From Eubacteriales bacterium (GTDB lineage: Bacteria; Bacillota; Clostridia; Oscillospirales; CAG-272): 64,000 nt of DNA. Made by a program: the position numbers and the translations under genes. The stretch spans positions 24,158 to 88,157 of the forward strand of contig JBGVQK010000044.1 of assembly GCA_045127455.1 (NCBI GenBank), written 5' to 3'. The notes under the pieces were generated by a model that saw only the letters and a list, made by a program, of their open reading frames with translations, was not told the DNA's origin and did no database searches. Below are positions 36,361 through 44,475 of this stretch, piece after piece. Every line of letters starts with the position of its first letter. Position 1 is the first letter of the stretch.

Positions 36361-36957
36361 ATGAAAATTTACGATATTTCACAAGAGCTTTTTAGTTGCA
36401 TCGTCTTTCCGGGAGATCCCGCACCCAAGCGGGAGCGGCTTTCCTCTATGGAAGACGGCGCACTCTATAACCTGACCGCGCTCTCGCTTTGCGCGCACAA
36501 CGGCACACATATCGACGCACCTTATCATTTTATCAAGAATGGCAAAACGGTGGAGCAACTCCCGCTTTCCAAAACGGTTGGCTGGGCGTACGTTACGCAA
36601 GAGGACGGCTTGCTTGGTGCCGCAGATGCAAGACGCATTCTCAGCGAAGCGCAAAAAGCCGATCCCAATGCCGCCAAGCGCATCCTTTTGGGTGGCAAGG
36701 TGATTGTGAGTGAGGAAGCCGCACGCGTTTTTGCCGAGGCTGAAATCGACCTTTTGGGCAACGAATCGCAAACCGTAGGGCCCGAGGATGCCCCAATGCA
36801 GGTGCATCTTACGCTCCTATCTCGCGAGGTCGTGCTCCTTGAGGGCATTCGCTTGGGAGATGTTCCCACGGGCGTTTATCTGCTTTCTGCCGCACCTATC
36901 TCGCTGGCGGGCAGTGATGGGGCACCCTGCCGCGCAATTTTGATTTCACTTGAATAA
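36361..36957 (+). CDS. cyclase-family protein (kynurenine formamidase-like)
   Basis: MKIYDISQEL...FPGDPAP...LSLCAHNGTHIDAPYHF is the putative-cyclase signature (HxGTHxDxPxH). Confidence 0.85.
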   Translation: MKIYDISQELFSCIVFPGDPAPKRERLSSMEDGALYNLTALSLCAHNGTHIDAPYHFIKNGKTVEQLPLSKTVGWAYVTQEDGLLGAADARRILSEAQKADPNAAKRILLGGKVIVSEEAARVFAEAEIDLLGNESQTVGPEDAPMQVHLTLLSREVVLLEGIRLGDVPTGVYLLSAAPISLAGSDGAPCRAILISLE

Positions 36958-36970
36958 AGAGGAATACTAT

Positions 36971-38095
36971 ATGAAGAAAATTCAAAATTCGATTCATCCC
37001 GATGATGATCTGCATTATCAAAAAATGGGACTGACACGCGACCGCGTAGAGCTTTGGGAAGACGGCGCGCGCGTTGACGGTTCAAAGGGTACTTATGAGT
37101 GGTGGTATTACGATTCTCATTATCCCGATGGCACCATTCTTGTTATCTTTCTGTTTTCCAAAAATCCAATCAGCGTAAACGGACCTATTCAGCCGATGTC
37201 TACTATGGAGTTAACGCTCCCAGACGGAACAAAGTTCTCCGAAGAGGTTAGCGCAACGCTTGCCGAAAGTCATTACGCCAAAGAACAATGCGACGTTCGC
37301 GTTGGCGACTGTTGGTGCAAGGGTAACTTGAAGCACTATGACGTTGTGTTCAAGGGTAAAACCATGTCGGCAAAGCTTTCGCTTGACGGAACCATTCCCG
37401 CGTGGCGTTCGCAAACGGGAAGCATCTTCTTTGGTGATAACGAGGAGCACTATTTTGCTTGGCTTCCCGCCATTCCCGAAGGTAAAGCAGTTGCTGACAT
37501 CATCTATGACGGGGGTAAGGAACTCCACCTTGAGGGCTCGGGCTACCACGACCACAACTGGGGCAATATCTCTATGCTGAGTCTCATGCACCATTGGTAT
37601 TGGGGCAGAGCAAAGATTGGGGACTACAAGGTCATTTCTTCTTGGATCACCGCAGGAGAGAAGTACGGATATAAGGATCACGACGTTTTTATGATTGCCA
37701 AAGGCGGCGAGATCTTAGGGGATAACTCCAACCATACCCTCAAATTCAAGCCCGAGGATCGCTATATCGACGAGCAAACGGGCAAGCCTGTTTACAACAA
37801 GGTCATTTATGAGTACACCACCGAAAAAGGTGAGGAATATCGCATCACATACCACCGCCACGGCGACATCAACAAGACCTGCTTTGTTGACGTTCTCCCT
37901 AAACCGCTCGGCGTCCTTGCCAAGCTTATTGGCTTTGACGGAGGATATTTGCGCTTTGAAGGTACGGCAACCATTGAAAAGATAGAAAATGGAAAAATCG
38001 TTGAATGTGTCAGCGACCCCGCAGTTTGGGAGCTGATGTATTTTGGAAAGTCCTGCGCCGATGAAAAATATCGCGCCAAGAATAACCAAGTGTAA
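36971..38095 (+). CDS. CrtC/AttH-like lipocalin-fold protein (tentative)
   Basis: GTYEWWYYDSHYPDGT resembles the EWWYFD block of hydroxyneurosporene-synthase/AttH-like proteins. ATG at 36971 after AAGAGGAA. Confidence 0.5.
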   Translation: MKKIQNSIHPDDDLHYQKMGLTRDRVELWEDGARVDGSKGTYEWWYYDSHYPDGTILVIFLFSKNPISVNGPIQPMSTMELTLPDGTKFSEEVSATLAESHYAKEQCDVRVGDCWCKGNLKHYDVVFKGKTMSAKLSLDGTIPAWRSQTGSIFFGDNEEHYFAWLPAIPEGKAVADIIYDGGKELHLEGSGYHDHNWGNISMLSLMHHWYWGRAKIGDYKVISSWITAGEKYGYKDHDVFMIAKGGEILGDNSNHTLKFKPEDRYIDEQTGKPVYNKVIYEYTTEKGEEYRITYHRHGDINKTCFVDVLPKPLGVLAKLIGFDGGYLRFEGTATIEKIENGKIVECVSDPAVWELMYFGKSCADEKYRAKNNQV

Positions 38096-38148
38096 CGGAT
38101 AGAAAAAGCACGCCCAACCGCTTTCGGTTGGGCGTGCTTTTTATTTGC

Positions 38149-39075
38149 TTACTTTTTATTCTTTTCTTTTGATCTCTTGTCGTTAATGATCTTCATATGC
38201 TCGGCAGTAACAAGCGTAACGCCGTTTTCCTTTGCCCAGGCAACGCAGCCCTTGAGAACAACAGAGAGGAATACGCGCGGCACACCGAGAATGGTCATCA
38301 GAGCCTCATCGGTAAATTTTACGGTGTCGTCTGCGCGGTCAGCCGCGTAGCGAACAGACTCGAGAGATGCCTGACGCACCTGCAAAAGCTCGGCTCTCAT
38401 GCGTGTTTTGCGATGGAACCAGAAGTTCTTGCTATCTCTGTAACCGTAGTCAACGGGCAGAGCGGGGAAGTCCTTTGCCTTTACACCGTTGATGATGGCA
38501 TCGCTGTACTTTTTCTTCATCAAAATCTTGTCGATCTTAAGAATGAAGTGTGCGCCAAATTTGGAAGTAATGCCGTTAAAATCGTGATAAGGGCCCTCAT
38601 AGCCGTTGAGCTCACCGGGCATATCCTTGTCGGCGCCGTCCAGCTCGCGAACCCATGTACATTCAATAACCTCGATCGCATCGGTCATTACCATCGGGCG
38701 AGCCTCACCGGTTTCTTCCTCAATCAAGCTCTTCTCCAAACGGAACTTGCACTTGGGCATCTTTTCGGAGGGCTTGTCACCCGGCCAAGAAAGCTTAACT
38801 GCCTCTTTAAAGGTTTTGGGATTGTCATCAATAAAGTTGATGGCGCATTTGCCGGTGCGCAGAATGTTTTGCGCGGTGTTGGAAGAGTTGCGGCAGGAAA
38901 GAAGCATTGCATAATAGTCCTTGCCTGCTACGTAGTAAGGTTGGATCAGGGAGTAGGGACCAAGGTTTGTGGTGCCATCCTCGCACAGGGTGCTGATAAC
39001 AACGGTGGGCATCGGGAAGAACAGAGACGTCTGATAAAAGTTATCCACAATGCGTAAATTTTCAAAGCTGCTCAT
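38149..39075 (-). CDS. flavin-reductase-like protein with possible PCP_red-type C-terminal domain (tentative)
   Basis: The N-terminal FFPMPTVVISTLCEDGTTNLGPYS resembles the FMN-binding split barrel. The C-terminal VKFTDEALMTILGVPRVFLSVVLKGCVAWAKENGVTLVTAEHM resembles the PCP_red domain. AAAGGAG RBS. Confidence 0.5.
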   Translation of the reverse strand: MSSFENLRIVDNFYQTSLFFPMPTVVISTLCEDGTTNLGPYSLIQPYYVAGKDYYAMLLSCRNSSNTAQNILRTGKCAINFIDDNPKTFKEAVKLSWPGDKPSEKMPKCKFRLEKSLIEEETGEARPMVMTDAIEVIECTWVRELDGADKDMPGELNGYEGPYHDFNGITSKFGAHFILKIDKILMKKKYSDAIINGVKAKDFPALPVDYGYRDSKNFWFHRKTRMRAELLQVRQASLESVRYAADRADDTVKFTDEALMTILGVPRVFLSVVLKGCVAWAKENGVTLVTAEHMKIINDKRSKEKNKK

Positions 39076-39158
39076 AATATAAGTCTCCTTTGTGGTGTTT
39101 TTATACTTCTATTATACTCCCGAAGGGAGCGATTGTCAAGCCTTTAACAAAAATATCA

Positions 39159-39377
39159 TCAATCCTTTTTCAGCCCGATAATGTCGCTCTCGGGAACGTT
39201 ATAGATAAGAGCAGGGCATTGACCGCCAACCTGCATCGTATAAAAGACCGCGCCCGATTTGTCGACCTCGGCATCGTAGATCCACGCAAAGCGCATCTCA
39301 CCCCGATGATAAAAATTGACAAAATCCTTTACCTTGTATTTCGCCGCCGCGGGATATTTCTTTTTGAAGAAGAACAT
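39159..39377 (-). CDS. small hypothetical protein (72 aa)
   Basis: GAGGT RBS 7 nt upstream. It sits immediately downstream of yitT-like on the same strand. Confidence 0.45.
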   Translation of the reverse strand: MFFFKKKYPAAAKYKVKDFVNFYHRGEMRFAWIYDAEVDKSGAVFYTMQVGGQCPALIYNVPESDIIGLKKD

Positions 39378-39408
39378 AGTGTTTACCTCGTTATGAAAGC
39401 TTTAAAAT

Positions 39409-40293
39409 TTAGATCCGCCTTTTAAAATTTCCAAACACCTCGTTTACCTTTTCAAAGCTTGCAAAGGTATCGGGGTATTTTTTAATGATCTTCATCATCT
39501 CGCCGATCTGGCGCTTGTTGATGATGCAAACAAGCATATATTTGTCGGTGTTCGAATACATTCCGTGCACTTGCATTTCGGTAACTCCGCGGTGCAAGCG
39601 AGTCATTAACTCTTCGGCAATCTGTTCGGGGTGAGTAGTAATAATTTCAAATTTGTAACCGTTTTTAATGCCACTCAAACCGTGATCGACGATAACGTTT
39701 GCAATAAACAGGTTGCAAAGGGTACAAATAACGGGGGTTATTCTCATTCCATACACAAAGAATGCAATCAACACAACACTCGTATCCATAATAAAGGAAA
39801 CGTATGCGATATTCATTTCGGGTTTCATCTTTTTTATCAGCGCAGAAATTCCATACGTACCGCCGCTGGCGCCAAAGCGCCTGAGCATTAAGGAGAAGCC
39901 AAATCCCGAAATAACGCCTGTGGCAATGCAAGCAAAAACAATGTTAAAATCTTCCTCATTATTTGCCAAGCAGTAAGGCATCCATCCGAGTAGCTCGTAA
40001 AGACGCGGAATAAAGGATTGCACAACCATATATAAGCTCAAAATTACACCCAGCTTTTTGTTGATAAAAGCACTGACCAAAACAAAGATGGGCAAGTTAA
40101 AGGCGATCATTAAAACAGACCAGCTGACTCTATCCTGCAGCAAATGGTGGGTGATGGTTGCAAGACCGCCAACACCGCCGGGAGCAAAGCCGTTACTGTT
40201 TTGAAAAAAGTGATATGCAGTACCAACGATAACGCCTGCCGTTATAGCACATAGAATATCAAGTATATGGTTTTTAAAGTCCCTTTTTTTCAT
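39409..40293 (-). CDS. YitT-family membrane protein (DUF2179 C-terminus)
   Basis: ...AITAGVIVGTAYHFFQNSNGFAPGGVGGLATI... with multiple TM segments and a C-terminal soluble domain. A TTGACA-17-TATAAT promoter lies upstream on the minus strand. Confidence 0.85.
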   Translation of the reverse strand: MKKRDFKNHILDILCAITAGVIVGTAYHFFQNSNGFAPGGVGGLATITHHLLQDRVSWSVLMIAFNLPIFVLVSAFINKKLGVILSLYMVVQSFIPRLYELLGWMPYCLANNEEDFNIVFACIATGVISGFGFSLMLRRFGASGGTYGISALIKKMKPEMNIAYVSFIMDTSVVLIAFFVYGMRITPVICTLCNLFIANVIVDHGLSGIKNGYKFEIITTHPEQIAEELMTRLHRGVTEMQVHGMYSNTDKYMLVCIINKRQIGEMMKIIKKYPDTFASFEKVNEVFGNFKRRI

Positions 40294-40569
40294 CGGTGAT
40301 GTAACTCCTGTAAGATTCTTATAGCTTTTGTTTCTACGGTAACATTATAATATGAATGAAAGAATTTGTCAATAGAATGATAAAAAATGAAGAAAGAGAA
40401 TCGCGTGTAAGAGGACTTGAACAGCTCCAAAAACGCCGCCAATGTTTGGCTAAAGCTGATAAACACTTCGGCACTATGGCATTTTGCAAGCAAAATACAG
40501 TGGGATTCTGCGAACCCAATTACCTACACCAACAAAAAAACGAGATGCTTATGCATCTCGCTCTTCTGT

Positions 40570-40656
40570 TGGTGCGGGTAAGAGGACTTGAACCTCCACG
40601 AAGTTGCCCCCACTAGAACCTGAATCTAGCGCGTCTGCCAATTCCGCCATACCCGC
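40570..40656 (-). tRNA. tRNA-Leu (anticodon CAG)
   Basis: Manual fold with acceptor GCGGGTA/TACCCGC, anticodon loop TTCAGGT, a long variable arm, T-loop TTCAAGT, and an encoded CCA. A minus-strand TTGACA-17-TATAAT promoter lies at 40734-40762. Confidence 0.9.
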
Positions 40657-40870
40657 GAATGTTAATGAGTGGGTGTGGCGGAGTTTTTCCGCACATACCC
40701 GCAAATATTGCGCCGTCTGTTGACGACCTCTATATTATACACGATGGAGATTGTTTTGTCAAGACTTTTTGTTAAAGTTTTTTATAAAAAATTTTCATTT
40801 TTTTTGAAAAAAGACTTGACATTTCAAAAAAATCGTGTATAATATAGTATGTTGCGTGCAAGACGCACAC

Positions 40871-40955
40871 GCGGGAGTGGCGGAACTGGCAGACGCGCAC
40901 GTTTGAGGGGCGTGTGGTTCACACCGTACGGGTTCAAGTCCCGTTTCCCGCACCA
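40871..40955 (+). tRNA. tRNA-Leu (anticodon GAG)
   Basis: Manual fold with acceptor GCGGGAG/TTCCCGC, anticodon loop TTGAGGG, a long variable arm, and an encoded CCA. A TTGACA-16-TATAAT promoter lies at 40816-40843. Confidence 0.9.
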
Positions 40956-41298
40956 TAAGAAAAGCAAAGGTTTGATACAATAGTATTGAACCTTTTTTCT
41001 TTGCATATAGGGAGTTCTTTCCTTTCTGTAAGTAAACAGCAGAGCCTTGTAGGAGTGTTTAACTGCACTTTTGCAAGGCTCTTTTTCCTTATATATAATA
41101 ACTACGGAACGAAAGGACTATCAACGGGACAAATGGTAGTTAACAAACGAAATGCAAGAGTAGTCATATTTGACTTTATTGTATTTTACTGAAAAATGCA
41201 GAAAGTCAAAAAAGACCACGAAAGTTGTCGTATATGACTACACAAATCAGAAAAGTTATGTTATAATAATAGCACAACAACATTTGGAGGATCTACAT

Positions 41299-42387
41299 AT
41301 GACAAACTTAAAAAACAATATTGATCACTATATGAAGCAAAAAGGTATTAGAATGTACAGTCATTTGTTGGTTGATCTAGCACATGAGCTTGGTATTAAA
41401 GGTCAGCAAGCATATGCGTTTGCCGAGAGAGAAAAATCAAACTTCTCTAAAATGTTAAAAGGCGAAAGACCGCTTAAGTATGAATTTATTATTCCGCTCG
41501 AAAAGGTATTCGGTGTTTCATTAGCAAGATTGTTAGATGAAAATTCATTTAAATTGCCTGTTGAAAAAGATAACGTTCCTTTCAACAAAGGTTTTAGATA
41601 TTACGCATATATAGATGATGCAAAACTGTATAAAGAAGAATTCGATTTATTGCTTACAAAGGACGGAAAATCGATTATCTCAGAAACAGATGAATTTGGG
41701 AAAACATTTCTTGATTATGTTGTTGAATATCGTGCTGTTAATGGTGTTCGTTACCTTCATGACGAGTACGGGATTAAATTAAAATGGTATTATAATAACT
41801 TTGATTTTAACAAAAGAAAAGGTGTAACTTGGATTAACTTTCACAATGCCATAGAATTTGCACGTCTTGTTGCAAGCATGGATGACCCCGATTTATTTAA
41901 TGACATTTATGATTCATATAATATGTTTTTCACAAACGGACATTATGGCGGTAATGACAGCATTTTTTATAACACTGATTATTTGGAAATATTGTTAGAC
42001 CACGATCACCTGTTCAATTCAATGTTTGAAATAAAACCATATCGTCATGAATTAAGTAGCAAGCAAAAAAGAGAGAAAAAAGTTGATTATATTACGTATT
42101 ATTCTATCAACCCCATAATCAATAATTGTTTAAGATATTCTTTGCAACATTTGGACAAATATCAGCATAGGGCAAAAGATATATTGAAATTTGCTATTGA
42201 TTACAACAAGAGAATAGCGAATGAGGTTGCCGCAGAAAATTGTTATATTTGTAATGAATTAGGTGGACTAAAAGACTTTAGAAATAATGATTATTATAGC
42301 CTTGTAATTTTTGTTGATGTGGACGTAAAAGATTCTGAAATAAAAGATTTAGTTGATCAGTTACCTAAATTCAAGGACTGTTTTTAA
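41299..42387 (+). CDS. N-terminal HTH (XRE-like) protein with large uncharacterised helical-looking C-terminal domain (362 aa)
   Basis: ATG at 41299 after GGAGG. The HTH-like segment is IRMYSHLLVDLAHELGIKGQQAYAFAEREKSNFSKMLKGERPLKYEFIIPLEKVFGVSLARLLDE. I do not recognise the rest, although DEFGKTFLDYVVEYRAVNGVRYL looks repeat-like (ankyrin/TPR). Confidence 0.75.
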   Translation: MTNLKNNIDHYMKQKGIRMYSHLLVDLAHELGIKGQQAYAFAEREKSNFSKMLKGERPLKYEFIIPLEKVFGVSLARLLDENSFKLPVEKDNVPFNKGFRYYAYIDDAKLYKEEFDLLLTKDGKSIISETDEFGKTFLDYVVEYRAVNGVRYLHDEYGIKLKWYYNNFDFNKRKGVTWINFHNAIEFARLVASMDDPDLFNDIYDSYNMFFTNGHYGGNDSIFYNTDYLEILLDHDHLFNSMFEIKPYRHELSSKQKREKKVDYITYYSINPIINNCLRYSLQHLDKYQHRAKDILKFAIDYNKRIANEVAAENCYICNELGGLKDFRNNDYYSLVIFVDVDVKDSEIKDLVDQLPKFKDCF

Positions 42388-42398
42388 AAGGAGACACT

Positions 42399-42566
42399 AT
42401 GTTTAAACGAATGATTAACAGAAATAAATATTACGAGCAAGAAACCAGAGCACACTTAAATTCGCTTTCTGAAAAAGAATTATTAATAGAGGTACTTCTT
42501 GAATTAAAAATGCTTAATGATAAATGTGATGATATAGCAAGAAAAATTGTTATTTGGAGTGATTAA
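42399..42566 (+). CDS. small ORF (55 aa), not in the ORF track
   Basis: ATG at 42399 with AAAGGAG 5 nt upstream, 12 nt after the upstream stop. My translation is MFKRMINRNKYYEQETRAHLNSLSEKELLIEVLLELKMLNDKCDDIARKIVIWSD. It has no signal peptide. Confidence 0.45.
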   Translation: MFKRMINRNKYYEQETRAHLNSLSEKELLIEVLLELKMLNDKCDDIARKIVIWSD

Positions 42567-42600
42567 AAATTAATATTAAAGATTATTGAGTGCTAATACT

Positions 42601-42650
42601 ACTGTACGCATTTTGAATGAACTGTACGCACTTTTCAAGGGGTGTACGCA
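42601..42650 (+). repeat. three direct repeats (AC/GG)TGTACGCA phased at exactly 20 bp
   Basis: TGTACGCA occurs at 42603-42610, 42623-42630 and 42643-42650. Confidence 0.7.
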
Positions 42651-42684
42651 AATTGTATTAAAATAGGTATTTACTCACAAAAAG

Positions 42685-42716
42685 AAAAGGTAGGCAGTCG
42701 CCTACCTTTTCTTTTT
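42685..42716 (+). terminator. intrinsic terminator closing the cassette
   Basis: AAAAGGTAGGC-AGTC-GCCTACCTTTT followed by CTTTTT. Confidence 0.7.
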
Positions 42717-42963
42717 GCTACGGAAATGGGCAGGCAGAACATATCGAGCGAAGCGAAATATGTTCAACTGTCCCGCCCCTGTGGCAATTGCCTGCCGGTT
42801 TTGGCTACCGAAAAACAAGGGGGGGAGTCCCTCCAAAATTACTTTCCAATAAGTAAAATTTATCTGTGGTTAAATTCTTTTTCAATTCCTATTGTAAAGG
42901 CGCTCAAAATGTGCTATAATAAAATTCCCCCGCGGCGGGGCAAAACGCAATGAGGAGGATGCT

Positions 42964-43872
42964 ATGAAAGATCCGTCATCTATTTTAAAATCTCTGGTGC
43001 TTTCCGAGCCCTCCGAGGAAGATGCGCACAACCCGCGCGCAAAAAGGGCAAAGCTGCTAAAATGGATCCTTCCCGTCGCTATTGCGTTATTGATCGGCAT
43101 TGGAATATTGATCTATTTTCTTGTAAGACCAAGCAACGCCCCAAAGCTGACAGAGCCCCCATATTTTATTGGCATTCACGATATTGAGATCACCGAAGGG
43201 GACGGCATTGCCTACCGCCAAGGCGTTACGGCGTATGATTGCACCGGCAAAGAGATCTCCTTTGAGGTGAATGCGAACGCCGTTAAGATCAACACCCCCG
43301 GTGTGTATGAGGCGATCTATATTGCTACCGATGCCGACGGTAATATAAAGGAAGAAAAAATAACGGTGACCGTACTGAAAAGGCCCAAGGTAGACCCCGA
43401 GGTCTTATATGAGCTGGTAGACCAAAACATACAAAGGCACGGCATGGACGAAATGAGCAAAAAGGAGCTTGCAGAGTTCCTCTATGACCACATCAAGGCA
43501 AACACCACCTTTGTAAGCGATTCCGATAAAACCGACTGGATCGCCGAGGCCTACCGCGCCTTGACCGATAGGGAAGGGGATTGCTTTACATATTATGCAG
43601 TTGCGCGGGCTTATTTTAACCGCTGCGGTGTGGAAACGATTACGGTTCAGCGTACGCAGAACGCGCGCCCGGGCACACACTATTGGCTGCTTGTGAATAT
43701 GGGAACGACCGATGCCCCCGCGTGGTACCATTGGGATGCTTGCCCGCACTATATGGAATATCCCTTTTATTCTTGTCTTGTAACCGATGATGAGCTCTTG
43801 GCTTACAACCAAAAGGTGGAAAACTACTATCTGTTTGATATGGAGCTTTACCCGAGAACACCCGAAGAATAA
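42964..43872 (+). CDS. membrane-anchored transglutaminase-like protein with Ig-like domain
   Basis: TM segment WILPVAIALLIGIGILIYFLV. An Ig-like/DUF5011-like segment IEITEGDGIAYRQGVTAYD...VYEAIYIATDADGN. Cys-His-Asp core candidates REGDCFTYYAV, HYWLLV and WYHWDA. Confidence 0.7.
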   Translation: MKDPSSILKSLVLSEPSEEDAHNPRAKRAKLLKWILPVAIALLIGIGILIYFLVRPSNAPKLTEPPYFIGIHDIEITEGDGIAYRQGVTAYDCTGKEISFEVNANAVKINTPGVYEAIYIATDADGNIKEEKITVTVLKRPKVDPEVLYELVDQNIQRHGMDEMSKKELAEFLYDHIKANTTFVSDSDKTDWIAEAYRALTDREGDCFTYYAVARAYFNRCGVETITVQRTQNARPGTHYWLLVNMGTTDAPAWYHWDACPHYMEYPFYSCLVTDDELLAYNQKVENYYLFDMELYPRTPEE

Positions 43873-44023
43873 GAATCGAGGTTTGCTTTGTTTTAGTGCA
43901 GAACAAAATCCAACGTAAAAATACAGTTTTCGTTTTAAGATATCGAAATCCGCCGAAAAATCGGCGGATTTTGTGTTTTATTTGGCTTTTTGGTTGCATT
44001 TTTAAAAAAATTCAAAAAAGCAC

Positions 44024-44071
44024 TTGACAGCGTAACAATGTTATGCTATAATAATGCCGTAACAATGTTAC
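44024..44071 (+). promoter_or_regulatory. sigma-A promoter with two copies of the palindrome GTAACA-A-TGTTA(C/T) (putative autoregulatory operators)
   Basis: TTGACA (44024-29), 17 nt, TATAAT (44047-52). One palindrome lies at 44032-44044 inside the spacer. A perfect copy lies at 44059-44071, just downstream of the -10. Confidence 0.55.
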
Positions 44072-44091
44072 GAGAAAGGAGTGGAAAGCAC

Positions 44092-44475
44092 TTGGAGCAG
44101 GAATTGATCTCTAAAAAGGAGCTTTTGGAGCTCTACGGCATATCCTACGGTGCGCTTTACCGTTGGAAGCGAAAGGGGCTTATCCCCGAGGATTGGTTCA
44201 TCAAAAAATCAACCGTTACGGGGCAGGAGACCTTTTTTCCGCGCAAGCTGATCTGCGAGCGGATGGAATTGATTCAAAAGCAAAAGGATGACACCTCGCT
44301 TGAGGAGCTTTCAAAGCATTTTTCAAGCGAATCTAAAAAGAACGCGACCATCATCCTTGATACGGCTTTTGGACGTAAGACCTTTTATTTGAGTGATATC
44401 AAAGCGATTATTGTTGATAATGGCGAGGGTGCACAGAGAGATATTACAAACGAAATTTTGGGAGGTAAACAATGA
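44092..44475 (+). CDS. YhbD/DUF4004-like MerR-type DNA-binding protein
   Basis: (M)EQELISKKELLELYGISYGALYRWKRKGLIPEDWFIKKSTVTGQETFFPRKLI matches the DUF4004 N-terminus I recall. TTG start at 44092 downstream of AAAGGAG. The track's upstream ATGs fall inside the promoter. Confidence 0.7.
   Translation: MEQELISKKELLELYGISYGALYRWKRKGLIPEDWFIKKSTVTGQETFFPRKLICERMELIQKQKDDTSLEELSKHFSSESKKNATIILDTAFGRKTFYLSDIKAIIVDNGEGAQRDITNEILGGKQ

Larger units (their letters stand above)
41102..42725 (+). mobile_element. AT-rich inserted cassette bounded by the 8-bp direct repeat CTACGGAA (no recombinase gene seen)
   Basis: CTACGGAA occurs at 41102-41109 and 42718-42725, each just after a terminator hairpin. 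The interior is 13/60 and 17/60 G+C on two counted lines, against 30/60 on a flanking line. Confidence 0.35.

Noticed and set aside
42601-42650. Possible mini-CRISPR array
   Set aside because: There are only three 8-10-bp repeats with 10-12-bp spacers. That is far below CRISPR repeat and spacer sizes, and there are no cas genes in the window.
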